Source of the DNA: Octopus vulgaris
Taxonomy: Eukaryota
Direction of reading: 5' to 3'
DNA: 64,000 bases
Assembly (NCBI GenBank): GCA_951406725.2
Contig: OX597824.1
Span: forward strand, 19,344,001-19,408,000
Under the pieces are notes generated by a model. It did not search any database. It was not told where the DNA came from and saw nothing but the letters and a program-made list of their open reading frames with translations. Shown here piece by piece: positions 1 through 14,938 of this stretch. The translations under genes were made by a program, and so were the position numbers. How positions within the stretch are numbered: the stretch's first letter is position 1; every line of letters starts with the position of its first letter.

Positions 1-163
1 TGTGTACGTTTATGTATATGTGCGTGTGATTATGTGTGTGTATGTGTGTGTAGCATGCAAGTTTTATATATATATATATATATATATGCGTGTGTTTGTG
101 TGTTTCGGTGTGTATGTGCATGTATATATGTGTATGTATGTGTTTGTGTATTTATGTTGTGTA

Positions 164-209
<46 letters not shown>

Positions 210-736
210 CGTATGTAGGTGCTTGTTTGTGTTTCATTTCAGTATTTCGTCAGTGTGTGTACATGCATGTGTATGTAGTGCTGTATGTAAAAATGTCTGT
301 GGGTGTCTGTATGTGTGTGAGTACGTGTACGTAAAAAATATGAGTATATATAACTCTACATATGTATGTGTGTGTGCTTGCGTGCGTGTTTGTGTGTGTG
401 TGTGTGTATGGAGGGATATATGTAAGTACAGAAACGGGAATAATGTACTCGATAATACAGTAACGTTTATTTACTCTTTTCTTTGTCGCCTGCAGGATCG
501 CAAGTAGCGTGACACTCTGAACAGGGTGGACTAAGCCATTACGGAGACATGTGTGTGCATGTGTGTGTGTGTGTGTGTGTGTGTACTTGCGTCCTTTAGA
601 AAGTAATACAATCGTATATCTATCTATCTATCAATCTATCAATCTATCTATCTAATATATATATATAACTCTTTGACTGCTATTTCTAAATTCGGTGTGT
701 GGTGAGGCAATTCGTTGCTAAACCCTTAATTGCTTA

Positions 737-769
<33 letters not shown>

Positions 770-798
770 CATACATAGAGAGAGTGTGTGTGTGCGTG

Positions 799-853
<55 letters not shown>

Positions 854-968
854 ATGTATGTGTGTGTGTGTGTGTTTGAGTAGGTTTATAGATATTTTAT
901 ATTTTCAAAAATGTAGGCAGTCAGAATTTTGGATAATTCTTTATTAGCGATTTCGTTCGGTTATCGAA

Positions 969-1010
<42 letters not shown>

Positions 1011-1013
<3 letters not shown>

Positions 1014-1200
1014 AGAGTTTACGAAAATAAACAAAAGACGAAGACAGGTGGTGTACAAAACAAACAGATGTATTAGTATAACGCTCAGGAATAGAAAAAG
1101 TCTTTTACGTTTCGAGCCTACGCTCTTCTACAGAAAGTGACAGAAAAAAAAACAAGGAGAGAAAAAAATGTGTGTAGTGGCTAACGATCTATCATGGCGT
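1011..1200 (-). mobile_element. Short dispersed element with minimal hammerhead-like motif (Penelope-like pLTR derivative)
   Basis: Minus strand 1137-1102 reads CTTT-CTGTAGA-A-GAGC(GTAG)GCTC-GAAAC-GTA-AAAG. A related copy lies at about 59815-59970 and shares acgctcag and acgtttcgagc..gctcttc..cagaa. Confidence 0.5.
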
Positions 1201-1241
1201 CTATATGTGTATGTATGTATGTATGTATGTATGTATGTATA

Positions 1242-1625
1242 TACTCTTTTACTCTTTTACTTGTTTCAGTCATTTGACTGCGGCCATGCAGGAGCACCGC
1301 CTTCTAGTCGAGTAAATCGACCCCAGGACTTATTCTTTGTAAGCCTAGTACTTATTCTATCAGTCTCTTTTGCTGAACCGTTAAGTTAATATAAACACAC
1401 CACCATCGTTTGTCAAGCAATGGTAGGGGGACAAACACAGACACACAAACATATACATACATACATATATATATACATATATAGTTTCCATCTACCAAAT
1501 CCACTCACAAGGCTTTAGTCGACCCGAGGCTATAGTAGAAGACACCTGCCCAAGGTGCCACGCAGTGGGAATGAACCCGGAACCATGTGGTTGGTAAGCA
1601 AGTTACTTACCACATAACCACTCCT
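1242..1625 (-). mobile_element. tRNA-derived SINE, family A
   Basis: Reverse complement of the ~410-bp unit at 4172 and 28351 (A-box TGGCTGTGTGG, B-box-like GGTTCAGTCC, CORE-like ccttgggcaagt, gtaaaaga tail), with a small internal deletion. Confidence 0.9.
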
Positions 1626-1937
1626 ACTCCTAGAGTAATTCTAATTATATATATATGATTAGAATTACTCTAAAATTCATTCAATGTTTGGAACGCCTTG
1701 CACTTCAATAGTGGAGAAGAAATGGAAAATTCTGCACGCCTGAACCGCGTTTATAACACTTTGGGCTACAGTAAATTTCTGTACACAAACAGAATGGAAT
1801 CAACCCCAAATACCGCGAGAAAGAGAAAAAGAAAATGCGAGAGCGAGAGCAGGAAGCAAGCAGACAGATAAACAACTCTTATCGGCTGCCATTTCGTATC
1901 GCAGCGATAATTAAATATTATTGTAGTTATATCCTAT

Positions 1938-2582
1938 TATATTATCAATGTAATATTTTTAATAATAAAACATTAATATAAAATTTATTGATAATATTAT
2001 TGAGATAATATTCTTAATATCATTACTAAAATAGTGATATCCTTATATTTAATGTATAGTATTTTGTACCTTTTTGATAAATTACGGTTTTCGTCTGCCG
2101 CTACGTTGTGAGTTCAAAATCCGCCGAGGTCGACTTTGCCTTTTATCCTTTCGGAGTCGATAAATTAAGTACCAGTTACGGACTGGGGTCGATCTAATCG
2201 ACTTAATTCGTTTGTCTGTCCTTGTTTGTCCCCTCTGTGATTAGCCCCTTGTGGGTAATATAGAAATATATATTATCAATGTAATATTTTTAATAATAAA
2301 ACATTAATATAAAAGTTATTGATAATATTATTGAGATAATATTCTTAATATCATTACTAAAATAGTGATATCCTTATATTTAATGTATAGAATTTTGTAC
2401 CTTTTTGATAAATTATGATTTTCGTCTGTCTTTACGTTCTGAGTTCAAATTCCGCTGAGGTCGACTTTGCCTTTCATCTTTCCGGAATCGATAAATTAAG
2501 TACCAGTTACGTACTGGAGTCGATCTAATCGACTGCCCCCACTTCACCAAAATTTTCGGGCCTTGTGCCAAGAGTAGAAAGG
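1938..2582 (+). repeat. ~331-bp tandem duplication: AT-rich segment plus SINE family C core
   Basis: tatattatcaatgtaatattttt... starts at 1938 and again at 2269. Each copy is followed by ttttcgtctg...gtcgactttgcc...gtcgataaattaagtaccag. Confidence 0.85.
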
Positions 2583-2651
2583 GTTAAATTATGATTTGTC
2601 TACTTGTGTGCTCAATGTTACATGAAAATAGTTACAGCGAAGCTGTGTAAA

Positions 2652-2825
2652 TAGTTTCAAATTTTGGCACAGAAGGCCAGCATTTCTAGGGGAAGGAGTA
2701 GGTTGATTGCATGGACCCTAGTGCACAACTGGTACTTATCTTATTGACCCCGAATAGAGGAAAGGCAAAGTGAACCTCGGGAGAATTTGAACTCAGAATG
2801 CAAAGAACTGGAAGAAATGCTGCTT
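2652..2825 (-). mobile_element. Degenerate SINE family C copy
   Basis: gtttcaaattttggcac...ggtacttatcttattgaccccgaatagaggaaaggcaaagt...gaatttgaactcagaa. Confidence 0.75.
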
Positions 2826-3018
2826 TATCAGTGGTTCTCAGGCGGTGTCCATATAGCCCCTAAAGGGGTTCTAGCAACAAAATAGTAAATTAGGGATCCG
2901 CAATGATATTTTAGGGTATTGGTGGGTATTGGATAAAACAACTATCTCTGTTTCTTTCTCTCACGTTTTACGTAGTTGAACACAAGTTCAGGTGTGAAAC
3001 AAAAACAATATTGGGAAT

Positions 3019-3124
3019 GGCAAAGGTAAAGAATAGGCACCCAACCCGTTTTCAGAGTTTAGGGTTGCGTTCAGGGTTAGGATCACGCCGAAAACGAGTG
3101 GTGTGCGTATTCTTTACCTCCGCC
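3019..3124. mobile_element. 106-bp MITE with ~35-bp TIRs and telomere-like interior
   Basis: Left end GGCAAAGGTAAAGAATAGGCACCCAACCCGTTTTC matches the reverse complement of the right end, GGCGGAGGTAAAGAATACGCACACCACTCGTTTTC. Interior is ttagggttgcgttcagggttagg. Confidence 0.7.
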
Positions 3125-3312
3125 CTAGGAATTTTGGAAGACGTTTCTAACCAAACTAGTTTCTAAACATCGAAAAGCTGTGGGGGTTTGCCACAATAAA
3201 ATAATAACCAAAAGGGACCTTAGATATTGCTTTCAAATTTTGGCACAAGGCCAGCAATTTTCGGGGAGGGCTTCAGTGGATTACAGCAACTCCGGTCCTC
3301 AACTGGCACTTA

Positions 3313-3577
3313 GTGAGTGGATCTGGTAGATGGAAACTGAAAGAAGCCTGTCATATATATGTGTGTGTATGTGTGTGTGTGCATCTGTGTTTGTCCCCCC
3401 ACCATCGCTTGACAACCGATGCTGGTGTGTTTACGTCCCTGTAACTTAGCTTTTCAGCAAAAGAGGCCGATAGAATAAGTACTAGGCTTACAAAGAATAA
3501 GTCCTGGGGTCGATTTGCTCAACTAAAAGCGGTGCTCCAGCATGGCTGCAGTCAGATGACTGAAACAAGTAAAAGAA
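3313..3577 (+). mobile_element. 5'-truncated SINE family A
   Basis: Matches the 3' two-thirds of the family A unit. Confidence 0.85.
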
Positions 3578-3582
3578 TATAA

Positions 3583-3618
<36 letters not shown>

Positions 3619-3744
3619 ACAGGCATACACACACGCGCGCACACACATATACATGCATACACATATATGCACAAGTCTTTATAAAATGATTTTGTAAGCT
3701 ACGTGTGTCTGTGTGTATTTCCACATTTGTGTGTGTGTGTGTGC

Positions 3745-3786
<42 letters not shown>

Positions 3787-3790
3787 GTGT

Positions 3791-3850
<60 letters not shown>

Positions 3851-4171
3851 TCGCTGCCAGTTTTAAGATTTATAGCATATTTTTTTCTTCCAGATTTTCT
3901 CTTCCCCCCATTATCTTCACTAATTGATATGTTTTCCATATAGAGTTGGGGGGAGGGAGGGCGGGGAGAGCAAATAACTGATATTATTGTATTCACTATT
4001 ATTTTGTCAACGCCTCCGAAATCTCAAACAAAAATTTTTAAAAACTATGTCAAAGTAACCACGTTCATATTGAAACCCACATGCGGTACCAACAACGCCA
4101 TTTTCCTTCTTTCTTAAACATTTCCATAAACACTTTATTATCGCTTAAGAATAATTTATTCTTAAAAAAGA

Positions 4172-4580
4172 TAGGCGCAGGAGTGGCTGTGTGGTAAGTA
4201 GCTTGCTTACCAACCGCATGGTTCCGGGTTCAGTCCCACTGCGTGACATCTTAGGCAAGTGCCTTCTGCTATAGCCTCGGGCCGACCAATGCCTTGTGAG
4301 TGGATTTGGTAGACGGAAACTGAAAGAAGCCTGTCGTATATATGTATATTTATATATCTATGTGTGTGTATATGTTTGTGTGTCTGTGTTTGTCCCCCCA
4401 CCATCGCTTGACAACCGATGCTGGTGTGTTTACGCCCCCGTAACTTAGCGGTTCGGCAAAAAGAAACCGATAGAATAAGTACTGGGCTTACAAAGAATAA
4501 GTCCTTGGGTCGATTTGCTCGACAAAAGGCGGTGCTCCAGCATGGCCGCAGTCAAATGACTGAAACATGTAAAAGAGTAA
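4172..4580 (+). mobile_element. Full-length tRNA-derived SINE, family A
   Basis: Head taggcgcaggagtggctgtgtggtaag, internal (AT)/(GT) tract, end ggccgcagtcaaatgactgaaaca. Confidence 0.92.
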
Positions 4581-4654
4581 GGATTCAATTTTTGCTAACC
4601 AGTGATAGCACATGGATGTTGCTGATACACTAATCCTCAATGAATCACTGGTAT

Positions 4655-4960
4655 GTGGAGGCACATGGCCTAGTGGTTAGAGCAGCGAACTCGCGGTCGA
4701 GGGATCGCGGGTTCGAATCTCAGACCGGGCGATGTGTGTGTTTCTGAGCGAAACACCTAAGCTCCACGCGGCTCCGGCAGAAGATAATGGCGAACTTCTG
4801 CTGACACTTTCGCCACAAATTTCTCTCACTCTTTCCTCCTGCATCTTGCAGCTCACCTGCGATGGACCGGCGTCCCGTCCAGGTGGGGAACCTATACGCC
4901 AAAGAAACCGGGAAACCTGCCCTTATGAGCCAGGCATGGCTCGAGAAGGAACGACCAACC
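4655..4960 (+). mobile_element. tRNA(Arg)-like SINE, family B head with alternative 3' half
   Basis: A-box TGGCCTAGTGG, B-box GGTTCGAATC, TCG anticodon-like loop. 12-bp TSD aatcactggtat at 4643-4654 and 4961-4972. Confidence 0.88.
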
Positions 4961-5269
4961 AATCACTGGTATAGAAAACTAGGTATTGAAGAACAGAACA
5001 AAACGTATGAGTCAGATAAATCGATTCTGCTACGAATTGTCGATCGCAGTTTAAGCAATTTCGTGGGATTCTACACAGTTTCCGTCAATCAAATTTACTC
5101 ACAACACTTTTGTCAGTCCGGGGCTAAAGTTGAAGACACTGGTGGAGTTGACACGTAGTTGGCTGGATTCGAAACCACGCAGTTATGAAAGGAACTACTT
5201 TAGCACACAGCCATACCTGCGCCTTGGTATGTATAGAAAAAACTTATTTGGAAGTGGATGCGTGGCGTT

Positions 5270-5657
5270 CGATCATATAATAACAAAATACTAAATAAAA
5301 TATGCGCATATATACATACATATATGTACGTACCTACATCTATATGTATATATACATGCATCTCGTATGAGTACAGGACACCAAAAAAAACGTCGAACAC
5401 AATGAGAAACGAAAACATAGAAACAAAACCTTGGAAACAGACATTTTTTTTAACAACGAAAAAAACAGAGTACAAGACATGCGAAGCAGGGGCAGCTGAA
5501 GAAGGGGAATTTTCCTTGTGTTGCATGTCTTGTACTCTGTTTTATCGTTGTTTAAAGAAAAATCCGTTTCCATGGTTTTGTTTTTATGTTTTCGTTTCTC
5601 ATTGTGTTCGACGTTTTTTGTTTTTTTGGAGTCCTGTACCCATATATGCATGTATAT
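5270..5657. mobile_element. Foldback/MITE-like long inverted repeat; right arm resumes near 6090-6155
   Basis: Arms at about 5349-5481 and 5523-5657 are reverse complements (gtacagga...aacagagtacaagacatgc / gcatgtcttgtactctgtt...tcctgtac). A one-armed relative lies at about 12840-13090. Confidence 0.8.
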
Positions 5658-5764
5658 TACGTGATCACGTGACCGACCAGACCATCAGATGTTGTCACAC
5701 ATCGCTGGTCACAATGCGTTCGCATTCAAATGACGCCACGCCGCTGGCTAAGCAAGCAGGCCAA

Positions 5765-9260
<3,496 letters not shown>

Positions 9261-9464
9261 GCTGTTTATAAGCAGTGCCCTCTGGCTATATAATACTCTC
9301 TCGTGCACATGAGTATTGGCAGTGTGTCCTTGACACTACAACAACGTGTAGAGACAGCATTGAGCAGGTGAAGAGGGGAGGGGAGGTAGTGAGAGGGGGT
9401 GAGGAAAAAGCGACGGGAATGGGACGGGGGGGGGGGCTTTCATGAAAAGAAAAAACACACCGAA

Positions 9465-9492
9465 CAGCAGCAGCAGCAGCAGCAGCAGTAGC

Positions 9493-9533
<41 letters not shown>

Positions 9534-9573
9534 CAGCAGCAGCAGCAGTAGTAGTAGCAGCAGCAGCAGTAGC

Positions 9574-9618
<45 letters not shown>
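9465..9618. repeat. (AGC)n/(AGT)n microsatellite
   Basis: Directly visible. Confidence 0.95.
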
Positions 9619-9619
<1 letters not shown>

Positions 9620-9621
9620 CT

Positions 9622-9847
9622 ACGAGCTGGCAGAATCGTATCTTCGCCGAGCAAAATGCTTAGCGGTATTTCGTCTTTGTTTACGTTCAGAGTTCAAATT
9701 CCGGCGAGGTAGACTTTGACTTTCATCCCTTTCGGGGTATGGTGGGGGGGGGGGGGGGAAGGGATGTTCGATAAAATAAGTACCAGCTGAGCACTGGGGT
9801 GGATTTAATCCATTTGCTGGCCTTGTTTCCAAAATTTGAAACCAATA
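9622..9847 (+). mobile_element. tRNA-derived SINE, family C
   Basis: cgagctggcagaatcg...gagttcaaattccggcgaggtagactttgactttcatcc...ccttgtttccaaaatttgaaaccaat. Confidence 0.8.
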
Positions 9848-9849
9848 TA

Positions 9850-10417
9850 TTGGGTTGTCTGGAAAGTTCGTGCCGATTTTTAAAGGAAAGAAAATGGTCA
9901 ATAAATATTTGCCGTTACATTTTTTATCAACCAAATATGAATCATTTTGTTGGACAATGCGTCTCCATCTTTCCTTTAACTTGAAAATACCCTCTTCCCA
10001 GAATTGAGTTGGTTTCATGGCAAAGAATTCCTCAAGGTATCTTTTTACGTCATGCAAGGAATTGAAATTTTTTACCACTAAGACTATTCTGCAGACCTGA
10101 ATAAGTGGAAATCCAAAGGAGCAATATCTGGTGAATATGGAGGGTGGGGTAACACATCCCAGCCGAGCTGCAGCAATTTTTTTGTCTGATTCCCAAAGCA
10201 TCAAGTACCGAAAAGGAACTTTCTTATCTTCCATTTTAAAGGGTTACATAATTAACACAGTTTATGGGAACATAAACCTTCTTCCACGAAAAGATAGCTT
10301 AAACTGTGCTCTAAATGGAGGTTGTAGTCAAGTCCTATTTTATGGACTCAACCATGTTCTGAAATAAGTCGAAATGTAAGCTACTTTAAATAGGCACGAA
10401 CTTTCCGGACAACCCAA
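9850..10417 (-). mobile_element. Internally deleted mariner transposon (non-autonomous)
   Basis: TIRs ttgggttgtctggaaagttcgtgcc / ggcacgaactttccggacaacccaa flanked by TA. The minus strand encodes N-terminal MEDKKVPFRYLMLWE joined almost directly to LGWDVLPHPPYSPDIAPLDFHLFRS and FWEEGIFKLKERWRRIV, with frameshifts. Confidence 0.93.
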
Positions 10418-10526
10418 TATAAAATAGCTTCCGGTAACAAAATTAAAGTTATCGTTTGATTTCGAACGACACGAAATACATTTAAAAATTGCAATTATCA
10501 TTATCATCCTTATCATTATAAATCCC

Positions 10527-10582
<56 letters not shown>

Positions 10583-10912
10583 CCATCATCATCTCTACCA
10601 TCATCATGGCCATCGCAATCAAAGCCCCATCGTCCATCATGGCTTTTGTCGACATTATCACAACGGCAACAGTACTTTTAGCCCTTCAGCAGCTACAGTA
10701 TCACCGTAAACTACTGCCATCATCTCTGGTGTTTTTTTGGTTTTTTTTTTTGTATTTGAGCAACCAGGGGTCAACTTGACCGTTGGCACGCAAATCCTGT
10801 TTCCTCCATCTTAACGCATTGCTTGGTCAAAGCTTTTTTTTTTTCTTTTTTTCACAAGTTTATCTAAAACGCCATATTTGGGTTCAGACATTTAGTTAGC
10901 TCTCGTTATTAG

Positions 10913-10956
10913 TAACCACTACGCCATATGCCTACGGGCATATGGCGTAGTGGTTA
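10913..10956. repeat. Perfect 20-bp hairpin with C(TACG)G loop formed from a tRNA-like A-box head
   Basis: taaccactacgccatatgcc-tacg-ggcatatggcgtagtggtta. Confidence 0.9.
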
Positions 10957-11414
10957 AGGAGAAGAAGAAGAAGAAGAAGAAAAAGAAAAAGGGGAGGAGG
11001 AGGAGGAGGAGGAGGAGGAGGAGGAGGAGGAGGAGGAGGAGGAAGAAGAAGAAGAAGAAGTAGAAGAAGAAGAAGAAGAAGAAGAAGAAGAAGAGGAGGA
11101 GGAGGAGGAGGAAGAAGAAGAAGTAGAAGAAGAAGAAGAAGAAGAAGGGGAGGAGGAGGAGGAGGAGGAAGAAGAAGAAGAAGAAGAAGAAGGCGAAGAG
11201 GAGGAGCTGAAGAAGAAGAAGAAGAAGAAGAAGAAGAAGGGGAGGAGGAGGAGGAGGAGGAGGAAGAAGAAGAAGAGAGGAAGAAGAAGAAGAAGAAGAA
11301 GAAGAGGAGGAGGAGGAGGAAGAAGAAGAAGAAGAAGAAGAAGAAGAAGAAGAGGAGGAGCTGAAGAAGAAGAAGAAGAAGAAGAAGAAGAAGGGGAGGA
11401 GGAGGAGGAGGAGG

Positions 11415-11445
<31 letters not shown>

Positions 11446-11553
11446 TGGAGGAGGAGGAAGAAGAAGAAGAAGAAGAAGAAGAAGAAGAAGAAGAAGAAGA
11501 AGAAGAAGAAGAAGAAGAAGAAGAAGAAGAAGAAGAAGAAGAAGAAGAAGGAA
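10957..11553 (+). repeat. Long (GAA)n/(GGA)n polypurine tract
   Basis: About 600 bp, almost purely purine on the + strand. Confidence 0.97.
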
Positions 11554-12182
11554 ACCAACAACAACAACATCGAAAAATACCTTAGGAATGAGGGTGTATC
11601 AGCCGAAACGTTATGTTAACAACAAACAAGATGAGGGCAAATATCCGTCAAATGTAAATAATGTAAATAATGTATCTTGTTATGTAGGTTCTGAGTAATA
11701 TAAAGGTTGTCTCTCTAAAGTGCCACGTCACTCTGGAGACTGAAAAGAATTGGGAATGTGTATCATATACGATGCATGGACGCCATGTCCAGGGTTTCAT
11801 ATGTAATACAACAAGACAGACAAAAGGTTAAGAGAAAGGAGAGACCCAGTGAAGAATGTGCACCTTCTGGATTCCGTGGACTCAGCAGAAAAGAACGGGG
11901 TGGTCATAGCTGGAATGCTTTTGGTTATAGGCTTGCTGCATCATGCTTGATAATCATCGCCACCATCAGCAGCATCAGAAAATGTTATATACCACGGTAT
12001 ATATAGTTACTTTGCAGTTGAGTATTAACTGTAACGTTAAATATTCTTTGTATCAGTAACTAACCGGTACTTTCATAAGATTTTGCTATCCTTCAATTAG
12101 GTTTGTAACCTTTATTTGTGCTTTATATATATACATACGTAAATAAATGGAGCTGAACACAGATGCTACTCAAATGCTTTTA

Positions 12183-12263
12183 CTTTCGACATGTTTCGAA
12201 GACAACATTGATTTTATTCCAAAGGAATAAACGGTGTGAAATGCAATCTTCTCATCAGGAAAG
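12183..12263 (-). ncRNA. Type I hammerhead ribozyme
   Basis: CTTTC-CTGATGA-GAAGA...TCTTC-GAAAC-AT-GTC-GAAAG: intact core, 5-bp stem I, 5-bp stem II base, palindromic ACATGT stem III. Predicted cut after GUC (between 12188 and 12187). Confidence 0.8.
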
Positions 12264-12356
12264 AAAGAAAACCTATCTCAACGACAAGACACTATAACAA
12301 TTTTGTTATAAGGTCAAAATTGTTATGATGTCTTGTTGTTGAGATAGGTTCTCTTT

Positions 12357-12438
12357 CTTTCCTGATGAGAAGATTGTATTTTACACCGTTTATTCCTTTG
12401 GAATAAAACCAATGTTGCTTCGAAACATATGTCGAACG
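12357..12438 (+). ncRNA. Type I hammerhead ribozyme
   Basis: CTTTC-CTGATGA-GAAG...CTTC-GAAAC-ATAT-GTC-GAACG: intact core, stem I with one mismatch, palindromic ACATATGT stem III. Predicted cut after 12433. Confidence 0.75.
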
Positions 12439-12632
12439 TAAAAGCATTTGAATAGCATCTGCGTTCAGCTCCATTTATTTACTTATACGACACAAATTAC
12501 TGCTCATTAACCCGGAGTTTCTACCTTTGAATAGGTCGCTACATTCTTGTTACTTGCGTGAATTTTGCTTCCCTGGAAACTGTTTATTGAATTTTCCATG
12601 CTAACAGTAAACAAAGGATAATTCATTCATCC

Positions 12633-12721
<89 letters not shown>

Positions 12722-12814
12722 TGTATGTATGTATGTATATACGTGTATATATATATATGTGTGTACATATATATGTGTGTGTGTGTATATAGATAGATGA
12801 ATCTTTCTATATAT

Positions 12815-13090
12815 CTATCGAAACGCGGAGTAGATAACACAGGGCACAACTGATGAAGGGAATGTTCTTTAAGTTGCCCGTCTCGTTTCTCTATTTGTTT
12901 CTTTCGTTGTTCGAAAAAAATGTTCGTTTACTATGTTTTTTTTTTTCATGTTCTCGTTTCTCTTTTTGTCTACGTTTTTTCATGCCCTGTACCCATATAT
13001 GCATGTATATATACATATATGTGTAGGTATATATATGTATGTATGTATATATATGCATATATTTCAATGTTATTTATATTAATATATGAT
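12815..13090 (+). mobile_element. One arm of the dispersed element seen at 5270-5657
   Basis: Shares ctga(t/a)gaaggg..aat..tc, tcgttgtt, cctgtacccatatatgcatgtatat and the downstream AT-rich part. Confidence 0.65.
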
Positions 13091-13144
13091 TTATATTAAT
13101 ATATGATTATATTAATATATATCCATTTCCAAGTAAATTTTACC

Positions 13145-13176
<32 letters not shown>

Positions 13177-13452
13177 ACAAAGAGGGAGAGTGTAATATTG
13201 AATGGGGGTGATAGAGAGAATATAAAATTAAGAGAAAGGCATAAAGTAATAGAATGGTTAGAGTGAGAGAGAGAGAGAAAGAAAGAAAGAGAGAGGAAGA
13301 GAGAAAGGGAGAGACATAAACTCACAGACAGACAGACAGATAGATAGATAGATAGATAGATAGATACATACATACATACATACATACATACATACATACG
13401 TACATACGTAGGTAGGTAGGTAGGTAGGTAGGTAGGTATGTATGTATGTAGG

Positions 13453-13519
<67 letters not shown>

Positions 13520-14055
13520 AAAGAAGTAAAGTTGGAGATAATTATGAGAAAACAGGGTTGGGGGGTACATATCGAGAGTAAAACTCAAGTAACAAATACG
13601 TAGATAGGGGACAAAAAAACAAACGAAATATTTGGCAGAGGAGAATAATGTGAGGGACAATCCCGGGTAAAAATATGTCGGCATGAAAGGGGTGGCGTAT
13701 AAAGTAGGGTAGAAGGGAGGGGTGAAAAATGAAGCCCTAAGATGATGTGCGCGCGCGCGCGTGTGTGTGTGTATGTGTGCGTGTGTGTGTGTGAGTGTTG
13801 TGTCTATGTAAGTACATATTGGTGGGTGGTTATACATTGATATATATATACACCTATGCAGACCACATACGTGTATATAGCCATATGAATCTCCACAGAC
13901 AGACGAACAGACAGACAAACTGACAGACTGGCAGACAGACAGACAGACAGACAGATAGATAGATGTACGTAGAATGAGAGAGACATATTGAGAAATATAT
14001 ATGCGTACAAGAATATATATTTCTATATCTTCATGGGTGTAAATTTGCCTAAACG

Positions 14056-14172
<117 letters not shown>

Positions 14173-14332
14173 CGTGACACATATTTGCCATTTGAATATG
14201 GCTAACCCCTAAGGGTGGATGCTACTGTAGTTTGTAGCCCCAGGAAGATATCCCCTCCAGTTGGCTATAGACACATTATCTGTGTCCTCTCAGTATATAT
14301 ATATAAAAGTATATATATATGTATATTATTCA

Positions 14333-14369
<37 letters not shown>

Positions 14370-14563
14370 TTTCACACACACATATGTATGTGTGTATGTA
14401 CGTATGAATGAATGTGTATGTGTGTTTATGTATGTATATATGTGTGTGTGTGCGTGTGTATTTTATATGTATATATATATATATACATATATATATATGT
14501 ACGTATATGTGTATATATATATATATATATGCATCTATGTATATGTACGTCCAAATTTATGTA

Positions 14564-14614
<51 letters not shown>

Positions 14615-14899
14615 CTATGTATATGTATGTCCAAATTTATGTATATACATATATATATGCATCTAGGTATATGTATGTCCATATTTATCACTGTGTGCTC
14701 CTATCCATGTATGTATATGAAAATTAAGCAGTAGACAGGCGGGAAAAGTATATTGAGGTCAAGTAATTTCTCTGAGTGAAGTGATACATCATACACCACC
14801 ACCACCACCACCACCACCACCACCACCACCACCACCACGCCGCAGCCACCACCCAGCCACCATCCCCCACCACCACCACCCATGATAACCCCCCTACAC

Positions 14900-14938
<39 letters not shown>

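Larger units (their letters stand above)
12139..12482. mobile_element. 344-bp imperfect palindrome (inverted Penelope-like pLTR pair)
   Basis: Arms 12139-12305 and 12315-12482 are near reverse complements around a 9-nt loop. Each arm carries a hammerhead. Confidence 0.85.

Noticed and set aside
470-545. Plus-strand acceptor-like ctcttttctttgtcgcctgcag|GATCGCAAGTAG
   Set aside because: Good pyrimidine tract, but no clear donor or coding signal follows. It is insufficient alone.
9620-10234. 204-aa ORF as an intact transposase
   Set aside because: It fuses a deleted, frameshifted mariner with read-through into a SINE. Most of the catalytic domain is absent.
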